From: Flavobacteriales bacterium
GTDB taxonomy: Bacteria; Bacteroidota; Bacteroidia; Flavobacteriales; BACL11
DNA: 64,000 nucleotides
NCBI GenBank assembly: GCA_014381465.1
Contig: JACNLP010000074.1
Coordinates: forward strand, 5,855-69,854
Direction of reading: 5' to 3'
Below the pieces are notes generated by a model that saw only the letters and a list, made by a program, of their open reading frames with translations, did not search any database and was not told where the DNA came from. A program made the position numbers and the translations under genes. Positions 20,652 through 31,421 of the stretch are shown piece after piece; within the stretch, counting starts at the first letter, position 1; the number at the start of each line of letters is the position of its first letter.

Positions 20652-21533
20652 TTAGAGAAATAGTGGGTAAAATTCTGTTTTTGGAGAAATTCTTATTGTA
20701 GGAGCTGGGAAATGAAAATAATTCAGCCAATGTTTTACTTTTTTAGCTGTTGGGGAATTCCATTTTTTCAGCAATTTTGGGATATCATAATCAAGAGCAA
20801 TATACCATTCGTTATTCCCTCCCATTTTTGTGCCATGTGAATTCAAATATTGAGTTTCATCTAAGCCAAAACCAATAGCAATATTTAACCAATCCGGAAT
20901 ATTGTTATTAAAATAATTCAAATCTACAGATAGCCAATAGGACTGATTTACATAATCGTCCTGCCAAGCGTATTTATTGGGTGTTTTTCCTCTTTGCGCC
21001 TCCAAATCCCAATAAGTATTATGGCGTTTCCAATAGGATAGTTTTATATCAATAGCATTAAGTGTCGGTGAATAATATTTAATAACTGGCAAAAAAGCCC
21101 CTGTCGAACCAATAGCCAAATCCCATTTACTAAAACCCCAATAAGGGGCGTAAGCATCTTTCATTTCAATGGCCAATTGCAAAGCTGAACCAAAAGCAGC
21201 ACCATACCAAAGTGATTGTTTTTTTCTCATCCCTGCCCAACGCATGGAGCCAGAAAATACATCAGCTGCCTGTAATCCTCCCATAAAATGACCTGCCTTG
21301 TCCACATTTAAAGCATAAACTTTATCGCTCCCATTATCAAAATGAAAGCTTTGCTGTTTTTCGTTCCACCAAGAATTTTCAATATATAAATATGAACTAC
21401 TCAAAGCTCCTAGTAAACTACTGCTTACCAGGATTACTCTTCCCTTTTTAATGGAATCATTTTTCAAGACTTGTTTCCCTTCAGAGAAAAGACCTAGAAA
21501 TAAGAAAAGTAGAAACAAAATTTTTATTTTCAT
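20652..21533 (-). CDS. DUF2279-like secreted/lipoprotein
   Basis: 293 aa with a signal peptide. DKAGHFMGG motif, Trp/Tyr-rich. Confidence 0.6.
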   Translation of the reverse strand: MKIKILFLLFLFLGLFSEGKQVLKNDSIKKGRVILVSSSLLGALSSSYLYIENSWWNEKQQSFHFDNGSDKVYALNVDKAGHFMGGLQAADVFSGSMRWAGMRKKQSLWYGAAFGSALQLAIEMKDAYAPYWGFSKWDLAIGSTGAFLPVIKYYSPTLNAIDIKLSYWKRHNTYWDLEAQRGKTPNKYAWQDDYVNQSYWLSVDLNYFNNNIPDWLNIAIGFGLDETQYLNSHGTKMGGNNEWYIALDYDIPKLLKKWNSPTAKKVKHWLNYFHFPAPTIRISPKTEFYPLFL

Positions 21534-21554
21534 CTGTTATGAAAAAGCTTTTTA

Positions 21555-21562
21555 TATTTTTG
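21555..21562 (+). promoter_or_regulatory. -7 box TATTTTTG upstream of tdk
   Basis: TAnnTTTG match 44 nt upstream of the ATG at 21606. Confidence 0.35.
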
Positions 21563-21605
21563 TTAGCAAACATAAACAAAGCTAATTTAAAACCCCTATC
21601 AAAAA

Positions 21606-22175
21606 ATGTTTTTAGAATCTCAAATTGAACATCCCATGCAAAAAGGAAGTATTGAAGTTATTTGCGGTTCTATGTTTTCTGGTAAAACAGAAGAGCTTCT
21701 AAGGAGACTAAAAAGAGCAAAGTACGCAAAACTTAAGGTTAAAATTTTCAAACCAAAAATTGACACTAGATACGACAAAAACAAAGTAGTTTCACATGAT
21801 GATAATTTTATAGATTCTACTACTGTTGCGTGTAGTAATGATATTTTATCTCTTGCAGGAAATGCAGAAGTTATTGCTATTGATGAGGCACAATTTTTTG
21901 ATAAAGACCTACATCTAGTTTGTGTTAAACTTGCCATAAAAGGAATGCGAGTAATAGTAGCTGGATTGGATATGGATTTTTTAGGAAATCCGTTTGGGCC
22001 TATTCCAAATTTACTTGCTATTGCCGAACATGTGACAAAAGTACACGCCATTTGTGTTGATTGTGGCGCGATAGCAAATCATTCCTTTCGAAAATCAGAA
22101 GATGAGCAATTGGTAAAATTAGGGGAACAGGAAGAATACAAGCCACTTTGCAGAAAATGTTTTAACAGCCAATAA
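21606..22175 (+). CDS. tdk: Thymidine kinase
   Basis: 189 aa. P-loop GSMFSGKT and zinc site CVDCG...CRKC. Confidence 0.96.
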   Translation: MFLESQIEHPMQKGSIEVICGSMFSGKTEELLRRLKRAKYAKLKVKIFKPKIDTRYDKNKVVSHDDNFIDSTTVACSNDILSLAGNAEVIAIDEAQFFDKDLHLVCVKLAIKGMRVIVAGLDMDFLGNPFGPIPNLLAIAEHVTKVHAICVDCGAIANHSFRKSEDEQLVKLGEQEEYKPLCRKCFNSQ

Positions 22176-22176
22176 G

Positions 22177-23256
22177 ATGCCAACTTCCCATGAAACTATA
22201 TTGTATATCGATTTAAAGGCACTAGAGAAAAACTACAAGTATCTTAAAAATAAATTAAAATCAGAGACAAAAATAATTGCTGTGGTAAAAGCATTTGCTT
22301 ACGGGCATGGAGATATTACCATTGCAAAAAAACTAGAAGAATTAGGGGTGGATGCTTTTTGGGTTGCTGATTTTGAAGAGGGTATGAATCTTAGAAAAGC
22401 GGGTATTTCGAGAAAAATAATTGTAGCAAATCCTGGAATAAAAGGCTATAAAGAAATTGTAAAATATAATTTAGAACCTGTTATTTACAACTATAGATCA
22501 TTAGAGATTTTCGGGAAAAATAATATTCCTATTTCAGTGCATATAAAATTCAATACAGGCATGAATCGTTATGGTTTTAATTTGGAAGAAGTAGAAGTAT
22601 TAACAAAAAAACTAAAAGAATTTCCGCATCTAAAAATAGAAAGTATTTGCTCTCATTTAGCAGCTGCAACTGATAAATCAAAAGATGATTTCACACAAAA
22701 GCAATTTGAAAAGTTTGATACTATTTGCAAGCTTTTTACTGAGACATTAAATATAAAATCAGAAAGACATATTTTAAATACTGCTGGAGTTTTACGATTT
22801 ACCTCTCAGCAAAATAACATGGTTCGCTTAGGGATTGGACTCTATGGAATAGGGGAAGATGATAACTTACAAGTTGTAGCAAAATTAGTAAGCACTATCT
22901 CTCAAATTAGAAATTTGAAACAGGGAGAAAAAGTGGGTTATGATGCATCTTTTATTACAGAAAAAGAAATGAGAATAGCCGTAATCCCTCTTGGTTATGC
23001 GGACGGGATAAATAGAAAATTAGGAAATGAAAAAGGGAAAGTGCTCATAAACAATGTATTTGCCAACATTATTGGGGAGATAAGTATGGATAGTTTGATG
23101 GTAGATATTAGCAGTATAAATGCAAAAGAAGGAGATTTGGTAACTGTGTTTGGTACTGGATATAAAGTAAGTGATATTGCAAAAAATCTGAATACTATTG
23201 CTTATGAAATTTTGGCTACTCTAAACAGAAGGATTAAGAGGGTTTATCTAAACTAA
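22177..23256 (+). CDS. alr: Alanine racemase
   Basis: 359 aa. AVVKAFAYGHG PLP-lysine motif. Confidence 0.94.
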   Translation: MPTSHETILYIDLKALEKNYKYLKNKLKSETKIIAVVKAFAYGHGDITIAKKLEELGVDAFWVADFEEGMNLRKAGISRKIIVANPGIKGYKEIVKYNLEPVIYNYRSLEIFGKNNIPISVHIKFNTGMNRYGFNLEEVEVLTKKLKEFPHLKIESICSHLAAATDKSKDDFTQKQFEKFDTICKLFTETLNIKSERHILNTAGVLRFTSQQNNMVRLGIGLYGIGEDDNLQVVAKLVSTISQIRNLKQGEKVGYDASFITEKEMRIAVIPLGYADGINRKLGNEKGKVLINNVFANIIGEISMDSLMVDISSINAKEGDLVTVFGTGYKVSDIAKNLNTIAYEILATLNRRIKRVYLN

Positions 23257-24427
23257 TTCCTCTATAAATAGTATAAAAATAAATATAAAAAGTTGTAAGA
23301 ATAAAGATAAAGAAATAAGAATCTACAAGCATAATTATCATAAACATTAGAGGGAGTACTAATCGGTGAACCCCATCTTTTAGGACAAGGAGTTCTCTAA
23401 TTTGAAAATAGAATATGGAAAGTAATAGCAATAACCCAATAAACCCTAATTCAAATAATATATACAAATAATTATTATGTGGAGTTGTGTGTGTGTAGAA
23501 TTTATGCCCTGATTTAACTTCTCTATTAAAGATCGTTCCAAAACTCCCTGTTCCATGTCCAAAAATCGGTTTTTCTTTTATGAAATTTATACTCTCTTGC
23601 ACAAATACATATCTAATATCTTTTATTTTCCCAGGCCTTTTTCCGTTATTTAAAACAACCTCCAAGCCCTCATCAATCCGCACTTTAAAGGGGTGAGAAA
23701 ACTGATAAGCTCCAATAAGCATTGCACTCAGTAGTCCTAATACCCCTAAAATAATCATAGCTTTTTCTTTGATGTAATAAGCCGAGTATAAAATAAAAAA
23801 CAGAATAAATACTAAGTGTCCTGCTCTACCTGCCTCTGAAAAGATACTCCACCCATACACTATAATAAATACAAGCAGTATTACGGGATATTTTGTCTTT
23901 TTTTCAATAAGTAAATAAAAGGATAATAGTGCTGAAAAAGCAAGTAGAAGATTATGGTAATTATATTTAATAATTGCCGACTTATGGTCATTATTTAATG
24001 AAATTAAGCTAGTATAATTATGTAATTCTTGTATGATTTCTAAATCAATCGCAATAGCAAGCAATGCAGAAATGAAAGTAGTTATTAAAAAAGCAACGGC
24101 TCCAAATCTAAATGCTTTTTGCTTAAAATTAGATGTAGCCAATACAATAAACATTAGCAATAATGGTAATTTCTGAAAAATCCAGGAGATATTATTATGA
24201 TTATCGCCCCAGAATAAAGCTAAAGTATAAAAAATAAGAAGTCCTAAAATAGAGAGCATCCATTTGCTTGAAATTATGTTTTTCTTCTTTTGTATAAAAC
24301 CTGCTTGCAAAACCCAAAGAAGAGTAAGAACTCCCATAATTATACCATTTGCGGCTATTGAGGTAGGAATTGCAATCCCTAATAAAACAAAGAAAAAAGT
24401 CTGAAGGTTAGTTATTATTTTACTCAT
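23234..24427 (-). CDS. O-antigen ligase (Wzy_C)-like polytopic membrane protein
   Basis: About 397 aa with roughly 10-12 TM helices and a loop containing GHGTGSF. The track start at 24436 is TTG; the ATG at 24427 (MSKIITNL) is more likely. Confidence 0.6.
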   Translation of the reverse strand: MSKIITNLQTFFFVLLGIAIPTSIAANGIIMGVLTLLWVLQAGFIQKKKNIISSKWMLSILGLLIFYTLALFWGDNHNNISWIFQKLPLLLMFIVLATSNFKQKAFRFGAVAFLITTFISALLAIAIDLEIIQELHNYTSLISLNNDHKSAIIKYNYHNLLLAFSALLSFYLLIEKKTKYPVILLVFIIVYGWSIFSEAGRAGHLVFILFFILYSAYYIKEKAMIILGVLGLLSAMLIGAYQFSHPFKVRIDEGLEVVLNNGKRPGKIKDIRYVFVQESINFIKEKPIFGHGTGSFGTIFNREVKSGHKFYTHTTPHNNYLYILFELGFIGLLLLLSIFYFQIRELLVLKDGVHRLVLPLMFMIIMLVDSYFFIFILTTFYIYFYTIYRGISLDKPS

Positions 24428-26075
24428 TTCCAGCAAGAATTGAATTGTACTTAGTTTTGTTATTTAACACTTTTATTGCTTCTTTTAAATCTTCATCAAA
24501 TTGAAGTATTGCAATAATTCGTCCTTTTTGATAATAATATCTGCTTACTATTTCGCTTGTGATTAGTTCTTTTATTTCTAGGTTAAATTTGTTTAAATCA
24601 TCTTTTTTATTTGCTTCTAATTTTGTAATCAAAGCATCATATTCATTTGAAAATCCATCAAAATAAAACTCATCTTCTGCTACTTCTTTTAACTGTTCAA
24701 CTACATCTTGCGTTTCAGTAGTGTACTCATATTCCTTATCAGAAAGAAAGGTTTTAAAATCCTCAAAAATTTTATCTGATAGCCGAAACTTATCAGCAGT
24801 AATGATGCTGTCATGAGCATGTCGATAGTCAGTAGCAAAATCGAAAATTAACCTTTTTCTCAGCAAGCTAATAGTAATATTACTTATTTTTTCTTGCTCT
24901 ATTTCTATGTCAGGAGTAATTCCACCACCATCATAAACTGTTCTTCCGTTTTTAGTTTTAAAAGCAGTTCTTAAAGAATCTTGAATTTTCCCCACACTTC
25001 CATCATCATTTCTATTGGAATAATCTAATGCCTGAATACATCTTCCATTTGGTGTATAGTATTTTGCTATGGTTACTTTAAGTTGGGTATTGTAGCTAAG
25101 TTTTCTGCTTTGTTGAACTAGCCCTTTGCCAAAACTCCTATTTCCAATTATAACGGCCCTATCTAGGTCTTGCATTACACCAGCTACAATTTCACTTGCA
25201 GAAGCTGAACTCTGATTTATTAATACAACTAATGGAATTTGAGTATCTGTTGCTTTTTGAGTAGCTTTATATACTTTTTCCCACTCTTTTATTTTTCCTT
25301 TTGTACTAACTATTTCTTCCCCTCTTTCTACAAAAAGGTTTGAAATGTTTACCGATTCATTCAGCAAGCCACCAGGATTCCCTCTTAAATCTAAGATTAA
25401 GCCATTTAATTCTTGCTGTTTTTTGAGATCTGCAAGTGCATCTTTTATATCTTTACTGCAACCTCTGGTGAAACTTCTAAGCTTTATATAGCCAATTCCA
25501 TCTGCTACAAATCCAGAATAAGGAACACTTTTTACAGTTACTTTTTCTCGTACAAAATTAACCACAAATGGTTTGTCCAAATTTTTTCGTTCCATTAAAA
25601 GTGTAACGGAAGTATTGGGTTGCCCTTTTAAGATCTTACTTACTTCCTCAGTAGTTTTACCTTTTGATGAAACACCATTTATTTCAAGTATTTTATCGCC
25701 AGCCATAAGTCCCGCTTTAAAAGCTGGAAACCCTTCATAGGGTTCACTAATGTAAACGAAATCTCCTCTTTTTGTAATAATTGCTCCTATTCCTCCGTAC
25801 TGTCCTGTTGTCATAAACCTGAAATCTTCTATTTCAGATTCGGGGATGTAAGTAGTGTAGGGGTCTAAGGATTTCAGCATGGCATCAATTCCTTTTTTCA
25901 TCAATTTTCCAGGATCTGTTTCATCTACATAGTAAGTGTTGAGCTCCTTATAGAGTGAGGTGAAAATATCTAAATTCTTAGCGATTTCAAAATAATTATC
26001 AGTAAAGCTAAAGGATAAGACTGATGCAATAATTATTGAAATTGCTAAAAAGGTAACTTTAATTTTTTTCTTCAT
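24420..26075 (-). CDS. S41 family C-terminal processing peptidase
   Basis: 551 aa. PDZ region, LRGNPGGLL and NQSSASASEI (catalytic Ser) motifs. Confidence 0.9.
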   Translation of the reverse strand: MKKKIKVTFLAISIIIASVLSFSFTDNYFEIAKNLDIFTSLYKELNTYYVDETDPGKLMKKGIDAMLKSLDPYTTYIPESEIEDFRFMTTGQYGGIGAIITKRGDFVYISEPYEGFPAFKAGLMAGDKILEINGVSSKGKTTEEVSKILKGQPNTSVTLLMERKNLDKPFVVNFVREKVTVKSVPYSGFVADGIGYIKLRSFTRGCSKDIKDALADLKKQQELNGLILDLRGNPGGLLNESVNISNLFVERGEEIVSTKGKIKEWEKVYKATQKATDTQIPLVVLINQSSASASEIVAGVMQDLDRAVIIGNRSFGKGLVQQSRKLSYNTQLKVTIAKYYTPNGRCIQALDYSNRNDDGSVGKIQDSLRTAFKTKNGRTVYDGGGITPDIEIEQEKISNITISLLRKRLIFDFATDYRHAHDSIITADKFRLSDKIFEDFKTFLSDKEYEYTTETQDVVEQLKEVAEDEFYFDGFSNEYDALITKLEANKKDDLNKFNLEIKELITSEIVSRYYYQKGRIIAILQFDEDLKEAIKVLNNKTKYNSILAGNE

Positions 26076-26086
26076 TTTTTTATTTT

Positions 26087-26308
26087 TTATGGCACTGGGT
26101 CATATCCATCACCTCCCCATGGATGGCAATTGAATATTCGTTTTAATGTAAAAAATCCACCTTTAATCGCTCCATGTTTTTTTATTGCTTGCACGCCATA
26201 TTCTGAGCAAGTTGGCGTGTATCTACATCTTGGAGAAAAAAAAGGAGAAATCATATTTTGATAAAGTTTTATAATCCCGATAAAGATATAACTTAAAAGT
26301 TTCTTCAA
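26087..26308 (-). CDS. yidD: Membrane protein insertion efficiency factor YidD
   Basis: 73 aa with [10 protein letters not shown] motif. Overlaps the rnpA stop by 4 nt. Confidence 0.93.
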   Translation of the reverse strand: MKKLLSYIFIGIIKLYQNMISPFFSPRCRYTPTCSEYGVQAIKKHGAIKGGFFTLKRIFNCHPWGGDGYDPVP

Positions 26309-26679
26309 AGCTGTTTTATTAAACGATTTAAAATTAAATTTATTTCTAAATCCACTTCTTTATAGCTTATTATTTCCTTTTTCAGATAAATAATAGCAAA
26401 TTTAATCTGTTTTTCTTTTTTATTTAAGTTTAGATAAAATTTTTGTTTGTGTATTCGATATACTTCTCTAATTTGTCGTTTTAGCAAATTTCTTTTATTG
26501 GCTTTAGAGATATTCCGTTTAGGAATACTTATCATAATTTGAGCAGGGAATTTCAAATTTCTTTTTTCTTCATCCCAAATTATTGCAAAACTTCCAGCCT
26601 TAAATCCATTTCCTTTTTTGAAAAGAATATCAATCTTCTTTTTACCACAAAGTCGTTCTTGTTTGCTAAAAGTTTGCAT
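26305..26679 (-). CDS. rnpA: Ribonuclease P protein component
   Basis: 124 aa, basic. Conserved rnpA-yidD order, [17 protein letters not shown]-like motif. Confidence 0.9.
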   Translation of the reverse strand: MQTFSKQERLCGKKKIDILFKKGNGFKAGSFAIIWDEEKRNLKFPAQIMISIPKRNISKANKRNLLKRQIREVYRIHKQKFYLNLNKKEKQIKFAIIYLKKEIISYKEVDLEINLILNRLIKQL

Positions 26680-26740
26680 GGAGGAAAAGAGTTATTTTAA
26701 GGGAAAAAAGAAGAAACCATTCTTTATTATTTTTAAGAAA

Positions 26741-27508
26741 TTACCTTTTCCTTTTATTGGAAACCTTTATATATTGATCAAGAGCCATAGACATAGATGG
26801 TGCTTTTTCGTTCGGGGCATCAATATCCAAAATCAATTTATGATCAGAAACCGATTTTGCAGTTGTTGGACCAAAAGCTGCAATTCTAGTATCTTTTTGT
26901 ATAAATTCTGGGAAATTTTCATAGAGAGAAGTAATTCCTGTGGGAGAGAAAAACACCAAAATATCATAATATACATCTTCCAAATCAGATAAATCGGAAC
27001 ATACCACTTTGTACATCATTGCTTTTGTAAAGTTTATTTTGTTGCTTTCCAGAGTATTTACAATTCTTTTTTTTATAAGATCAGAACACGGTAAAAGGAA
27101 CTTACATTCTTTATGTTTTGTAAGAACAGGGATTAAGTCTTTAAACATTTGTTCTCCAGTAAAAACTTTTCTTTTTCTAAAAGTAATAAAATTTTGTAAG
27201 TAGTAGGCAATGGCTTCTGAAACACAAAAATATTTCATTGTTTCAGGAACTTTTATTCTGAGTTTCTCACACATCATAAAGTAATGATCCATGGCATTTT
27301 TACTAGTGAAAATTACGGCATCATGGTTAAGGATGCTTATCTTTTGCTTTTTGAATTCATTAGTGCTTATTTCCTCAACCTGAATAAAAGGACGGAAATC
27401 AATCTTTAAATTGTGCTTTTTTGCCAAAGTAAAATAAGGAGATTTTCCATTTTCTGGCTTTGGTTGCGATATTAGTATGGATTTTACCTTTTTTATTCTT
27501 CCTTCCAT
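26741..27508 (-). CDS. hemD: Uroporphyrinogen-III synthase family protein
   Basis: 255 aa. HemD-like two-lobed pattern (ILISQPKP..., AVIFTSKNA, LVFFSPTGI). Confidence 0.75.
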   Translation of the reverse strand: MEGRIKKVKSILISQPKPENGKSPYFTLAKKHNLKIDFRPFIQVEEISTNEFKKQKISILNHDAVIFTSKNAMDHYFMMCEKLRIKVPETMKYFCVSEAIAYYLQNFITFRKRKVFTGEQMFKDLIPVLTKHKECKFLLPCSDLIKKRIVNTLESNKINFTKAMMYKVVCSDLSDLEDVYYDILVFFSPTGITSLYENFPEFIQKDTRIAAFGPTTAKSVSDHKLILDIDAPNEKAPSMSMALDQYIKVSNKRKR

Positions 27509-27532
27509 AGTCCTTTATTTTTTAGTTTACTT

Positions 27533-28159
27533 CTAATAGAATACCGCTTTAGTAAAAACTAATAGTGGTAAAATTTCAAGGGTGCAAAGATACAGAAATA
27601 AATAATATCTAGAAAGCCCAAAGCTCCCTATTCCTATCTTCCAAATCCAAAAAAACTTAATGAGTAGAAAAAGTATAACAATTACTACTGAAAATATAAG
27701 TAAAATAGGACTAGAAATGAGTGGAGAAAAAAACATTAACACAACAATTGGAAAAAGTGTTATCCCCATTACTCTATCAAATAAGAAGGAAAAAAATACT
27801 CCTAATTTTGCTAGGGATTTTAGCATGAAAATATACCCAAAAAGATGAATAATTATAGCTTTAGAAAGGAAAAAAACACTTACAAAAGCAAACACTTTTA
27901 AAAAAGCAATAAGATTTAAATTATTATCAAACATTGCTTTGGATAAAAACAAACTCACATTTATTAGCATAATAATAGTAACCAAAAAAGTTACCCTTTC
28001 AGTAAACACATTTTCTTCTTTAAGATACAGATTAGCATATAGTTGGGAAAAAATACTAAGAAATAACTGCTTAGTAAATTTCCAATAAAATGCTTTCAAA
28101 AGAGCTATTAAAAGCAAATCAAAAGTGAGAATAATAAAAAAAGTGTCGCTATAAATCAA
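27533..28159 (-). CDS. DUF4271-like multi-pass membrane protein
   Basis: 208 aa with about 6 TM helices. Sits upstream of hemD, as commonly seen in Bacteroidota. Confidence 0.6.
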   Translation of the reverse strand: MIYSDTFFIILTFDLLLIALLKAFYWKFTKQLFLSIFSQLYANLYLKEENVFTERVTFLVTIIMLINVSLFLSKAMFDNNLNLIAFLKVFAFVSVFFLSKAIIIHLFGYIFMLKSLAKLGVFFSFLFDRVMGITLFPIVVLMFFSPLISSPILLIFSVVIVILFLLIKFFWIWKIGIGSFGLSRYYLFLYLCTLEILPLLVFTKAVFY

Positions 28160-28223
28160 TTTTGTGTTTTATCTTTTGCAAAGATATATTTTAAGTTGGC
28201 TTTCTCAATCGTATTAAAAAGGG

Positions 28224-28231
28224 TATTTTTG
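28224..28231 (+). promoter_or_regulatory. -7 box TATTTTTG upstream of acyl-CoA dehydrogenase
   Basis: TAnnTTTG match 21 nt upstream of the ATG at 28252. Confidence 0.4.
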
Positions 28232-28251
28232 CCAAAAAATTAACATTTGCT

Positions 28252-29430
28252 ATGTCACAAGATTTATACCAAGCACCAGATTATTTTTTAATGGACGAAC
28301 TTTTAACTGAGGAGCACAAATTAATTAGAGGTGCGGCTAGAGAATGGGTAAAAAGAGAGGTTTCTCCTATTATTGAGGATGCCTGCCAAAAAGCTGAATT
28401 TCCAAAGCAAATTATAAAAGGATTAGGGGAAATTGGAGGTTTCGGACCATACATTCCTGTAGAGTATGGAGGGGCTGGATTAGATCAAATTTCTTATGGG
28501 TTAATTATGCAAGAACTAGAAAGAGGAGATAGTGGGATTCGTTCTACCTCATCTGTTCAATCTTCACTGGTAATGTATCCAATTTGGAAATATGGTAGTG
28601 AAGAGCAAAAAATGAAATTCTTACCAAAATTAGCAACTGGAGAATTTATCGGTTGTTTCGGATTAACTGAGCCTGACCAAGGATCAAACCCTGGAGGAAT
28701 GGTAACTAACATTAAAGATATGGGAGACCATTATCTTTTAAATGGAGCGAAAATGTGGATTTCAAATGCACCATTTGCTGATGTAGCTGTTGTTTGGGCA
28801 AAAAATGAAAAAGGAAGAATAAAAGGAGTGTTAGTAGAAAGAGGAATGGAAGGATTTACAACTCCTGAAACACATGGAAAATGGAGCTTGAGAGCATCAG
28901 CAACTGGAGAGTTAGTTTTTGATAATGTAAAAATTCCTAAGGACAATATCCTGCCGAACAAAGATGGATTAGGGGCTCCACTTGGTTGTCTGGATTCTGC
29001 AAGGTATGGGATTGCTTGGGGAACTATTGGTACGGCTATGGATTGTTATGATACAGCTCTTAGATATGCAAAAGAGAGAATTCAATTTGGAAAACCAATT
29101 GCCTCTTTCCAATTACAACAAAAGAAATTGGCGGAAATGATTACTGAAATCACAAAAGCACAATTTTTAACTTGGCGTTTGGGAGTACTCAGAAATGAAG
29201 GTAGAGCTACTTCTGCACAAATCTCTATGTGCAAGCGTAACAATGTAGATATGGCATTAAATATTGCCAGAGAAGCAAGACAAATTTTAGGCGCTATGGG
29301 AATTACAGGCGAATATTCTATCATGAGACACATGATGAATTTAGAATCAGTAATTACTTATGAAGGAACACACGATATTCACTTGTTGATTACAGGAATG
29401 GATATTACTGGTGAGAACGCTTTTAAATAA
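28252..29430 (+). CDS. Acyl-CoA dehydrogenase (glutaryl-CoA dehydrogenase-like)
   Basis: 392 aa. CFGLTEPDQGSNPG and TYEGTHDIHLLITG motifs. Confidence 0.9.
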   Translation: MSQDLYQAPDYFLMDELLTEEHKLIRGAAREWVKREVSPIIEDACQKAEFPKQIIKGLGEIGGFGPYIPVEYGGAGLDQISYGLIMQELERGDSGIRSTSSVQSSLVMYPIWKYGSEEQKMKFLPKLATGEFIGCFGLTEPDQGSNPGGMVTNIKDMGDHYLLNGAKMWISNAPFADVAVVWAKNEKGRIKGVLVERGMEGFTTPETHGKWSLRASATGELVFDNVKIPKDNILPNKDGLGAPLGCLDSARYGIAWGTIGTAMDCYDTALRYAKERIQFGKPIASFQLQQKKLAEMITEITKAQFLTWRLGVLRNEGRATSAQISMCKRNNVDMALNIAREARQILGAMGITGEYSIMRHMMNLESVITYEGTHDIHLLITGMDITGENAFK

Positions 29431-29478
29431 AATTAGTTGTTAGTGACTAGTTTTTAGTTGCTAGAAAAACAAAAACTC

Positions 29479-29754
29479 ATGAAAACTACATTTAGAATAA
29501 TTGCTCTTTTAGAAGGGGTTTCATATATCCTTTTAATGACAGTTGGTTTGTATTTTAAGTACCAATTGGGCGACCCAACTTATGTCAAACTTTTAGGAAT
29601 GCCTCACGGATTACTATTTGTTGCTTACTTAATTTTAGCTTTCTTAATTAAAGATGATGAAAAATGGAGTGCTAAAGACTTTACCTATGTAATGCTCGCT
29701 TCAATTCTCCCTTTCGGAACCTTTTATATAGATTGGAAATATTTGAAAAAATAG
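29479..29754 (+). CDS. DUF3817-like small membrane protein
   Basis: The track ORF opens with TTG at 29458; the ATG at 29479 (MKTTFRIIALLEG) is more likely. Three TM helices. Confidence 0.65.
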   Translation: MKTTFRIIALLEGVSYILLMTVGLYFKYQLGDPTYVKLLGMPHGLLFVAYLILAFLIKDDEKWSAKDFTYVMLASILPFGTFYIDWKYLKK

Positions 29755-29844
29755 AAATTTAGAAACGGACCTGTAATCTCCCCATTTTTTTGAACAGTGC
29801 TAAAGTAGACAATTTTAATAGTCAGTTTCTATCAACTCAAATTG

Positions 29845-31053
29845 TTAATTAATCAACCTTTTACTCAGAATATTTGCAGGGTACCAAGATGCAAAAAGTC
29901 CAATAATAAGAACCGTTATTTCCACCAAAAACAAATCGAAATAATCAATGGAAACAGGATAAGAATGAATAATAAAATTCCCCTCTCCCATTCCAATAAT
30001 CCCAAATTTCATTTGAAGAGTAGCTAAAAGCAAGCCAAGCAGAATTCCTAAAAAACTGCCGATTATAATCGTAAGCATGCCTTCAATGAAAAATATTTGT
30101 TGAATGCTTTTTTGTGTGGCACCCAAATTCCAAAAGGTTTTTATGTCCTTCTTTTTTTCTATCATAAGCATACTAAGAGAACCAATAATATTGAAGGTAG
30201 CAATAATCAGCATAAAAGTTAAAATAATAAAAACCCCCAGCTTTTCAGAATTCAAAATTTTATGCAGAACGGCATGTTGTTGCAAGCGGTTGCTTACCTT
30301 ATAATTTTCACCCAAATTGCTTTGTAAATACTTTTGTACTTCCAACATTTTGTTTTCATTTTTTAGCTGCACTTCAATAGCTGAAACTCCCTTTTTCTGC
30401 AACAAATCTTGCAAAAAAACTATGGGTGTAATAATGTACTTGCTATCGTATTCTGCCCCTAAACTAAAAATCCCTATAGGTAAAACAGAAGAATATGAAA
30501 AAGCGGAACTTGGATTAAGTAGTGTTTTACTTCCTCTGTTGGGAACAAATATTTTAAGTTGACTAAACATATTTCCTACTCCCATTGAAAGATGATAAGC
30601 AACTCCTTGCCCAAGTATAGCTACATTACTATGTTTATAATTAGTGAAATTTTCTCCTTCCACAATTATACTATCCAAATTTGTCATTTTAATAAAATCC
30701 TCTCCCACTCCTTTTATAGTGGCTATAAATTCATGTTCTCCATTTTTCATCAATACTTTTTCTTCCAATACCTCTGTAAAATAAAGTATCTCTTCATTAT
30801 TTCCCAAATCGGAAATGATACTTTCACTATTAAATGTTTTCCCTAGATTGGATGTGATTTTAAGGTGCGGGTCAAAAGAATTATACATGCTTAAAAGCAA
30901 ATTTTCAAAACCATTGAAAACTGAAAGCAAAAGTACTAAAGCGGCAGTGCCAATAATTACACCTATCATTGAAACAAAGGAAATAATATTTACAGCCGTT
31001 TTTGTTTTACTACTAAAAAGGTACCGTTTGGCTATAAAAAAAGGGAAACTCAT
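29845..31053 (-). CDS. FtsX-family ABC transporter permease (LolC/E-like)
   Basis: 402 aa. N-terminal TM helix, large periplasmic MacB-like domain, and three C-terminal FtsX-type TM helices. Confidence 0.8.
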   Translation of the reverse strand: MSFPFFIAKRYLFSSKTKTAVNIISFVSMIGVIIGTAALVLLLSVFNGFENLLLSMYNSFDPHLKITSNLGKTFNSESIISDLGNNEEILYFTEVLEEKVLMKNGEHEFIATIKGVGEDFIKMTNLDSIIVEGENFTNYKHSNVAILGQGVAYHLSMGVGNMFSQLKIFVPNRGSKTLLNPSSAFSYSSVLPIGIFSLGAEYDSKYIITPIVFLQDLLQKKGVSAIEVQLKNENKMLEVQKYLQSNLGENYKVSNRLQQHAVLHKILNSEKLGVFIILTFMLIIATFNIIGSLSMLMIEKKKDIKTFWNLGATQKSIQQIFFIEGMLTIIIGSFLGILLGLLLATLQMKFGIIGMGEGNFIIHSYPVSIDYFDLFLVEITVLIIGLFASWYPANILSKRLIN

Positions 31054-31388
31054 TCTTTCAACAGTCTGTTGATTTCATCTGCATAATCTGCCGAATCATC
31101 TAGGAAAAAATGTAATTCAGGAATTATTCTAAGTTGATGCCGCACTTTTTTGGCAAGCAAGTTTCTAAAAAAAGAGCTTTTTTCTTTAACCTCTTTCATT
31201 AACTTTTTGCTATCTGTTATAGGAAAAATACTTAAATATACTTTTGCTATAAATAAATCAGATGACACCCTTACGCCTGTAATTGTAAACATAAAATTGC
31301 CTAAAATTGCTGGAGCATTTTGCTGAAAAATTATTGCCAATTCTTTTTGTAAAAGTCGGGATATCTTTTTTTGTCGTGTGCTTTCCAT
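31050..31388 (-). CDS. rbfA: Ribosome-binding factor A
   Basis: MESTRQKKISRLLQKELA start at 31388 (the track start at 31403 is a 5-aa extension). 4-nt overlap with the downstream permease gene. Confidence 0.88.
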   Translation of the reverse strand: MESTRQKKISRLLQKELAIIFQQNAPAILGNFMFTITGVRVSSDLFIAKVYLSIFPITDSKKLMKEVKEKSSFFRNLLAKKVRHQLRIIPELHFFLDDSADYADEINRLLKE

Positions 31389-31408
31389 TTTGCAAAGATA
31401 CATTATTC

Positions 31409-31416
31409 TATCTTTG
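31409..31416 (+). promoter_or_regulatory. -7 box TATCTTTG upstream of ABC exporter
   Basis: TAnnTTTG match ending 6 nt before the ATG at 31422, giving an essentially leaderless geometry. It lies inside the track ORF's N-terminal extension. Confidence 0.45.
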
Positions 31417-31421
31417 CCCCC

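Noticed and set aside
26618-26992. 124-aa plus-strand ORF bridging the rnpA start and the hemD end
   Set aside because: It overlaps two convincing minus-strand genes, and its sequence is Phe/Ile/Lys-rich noise.
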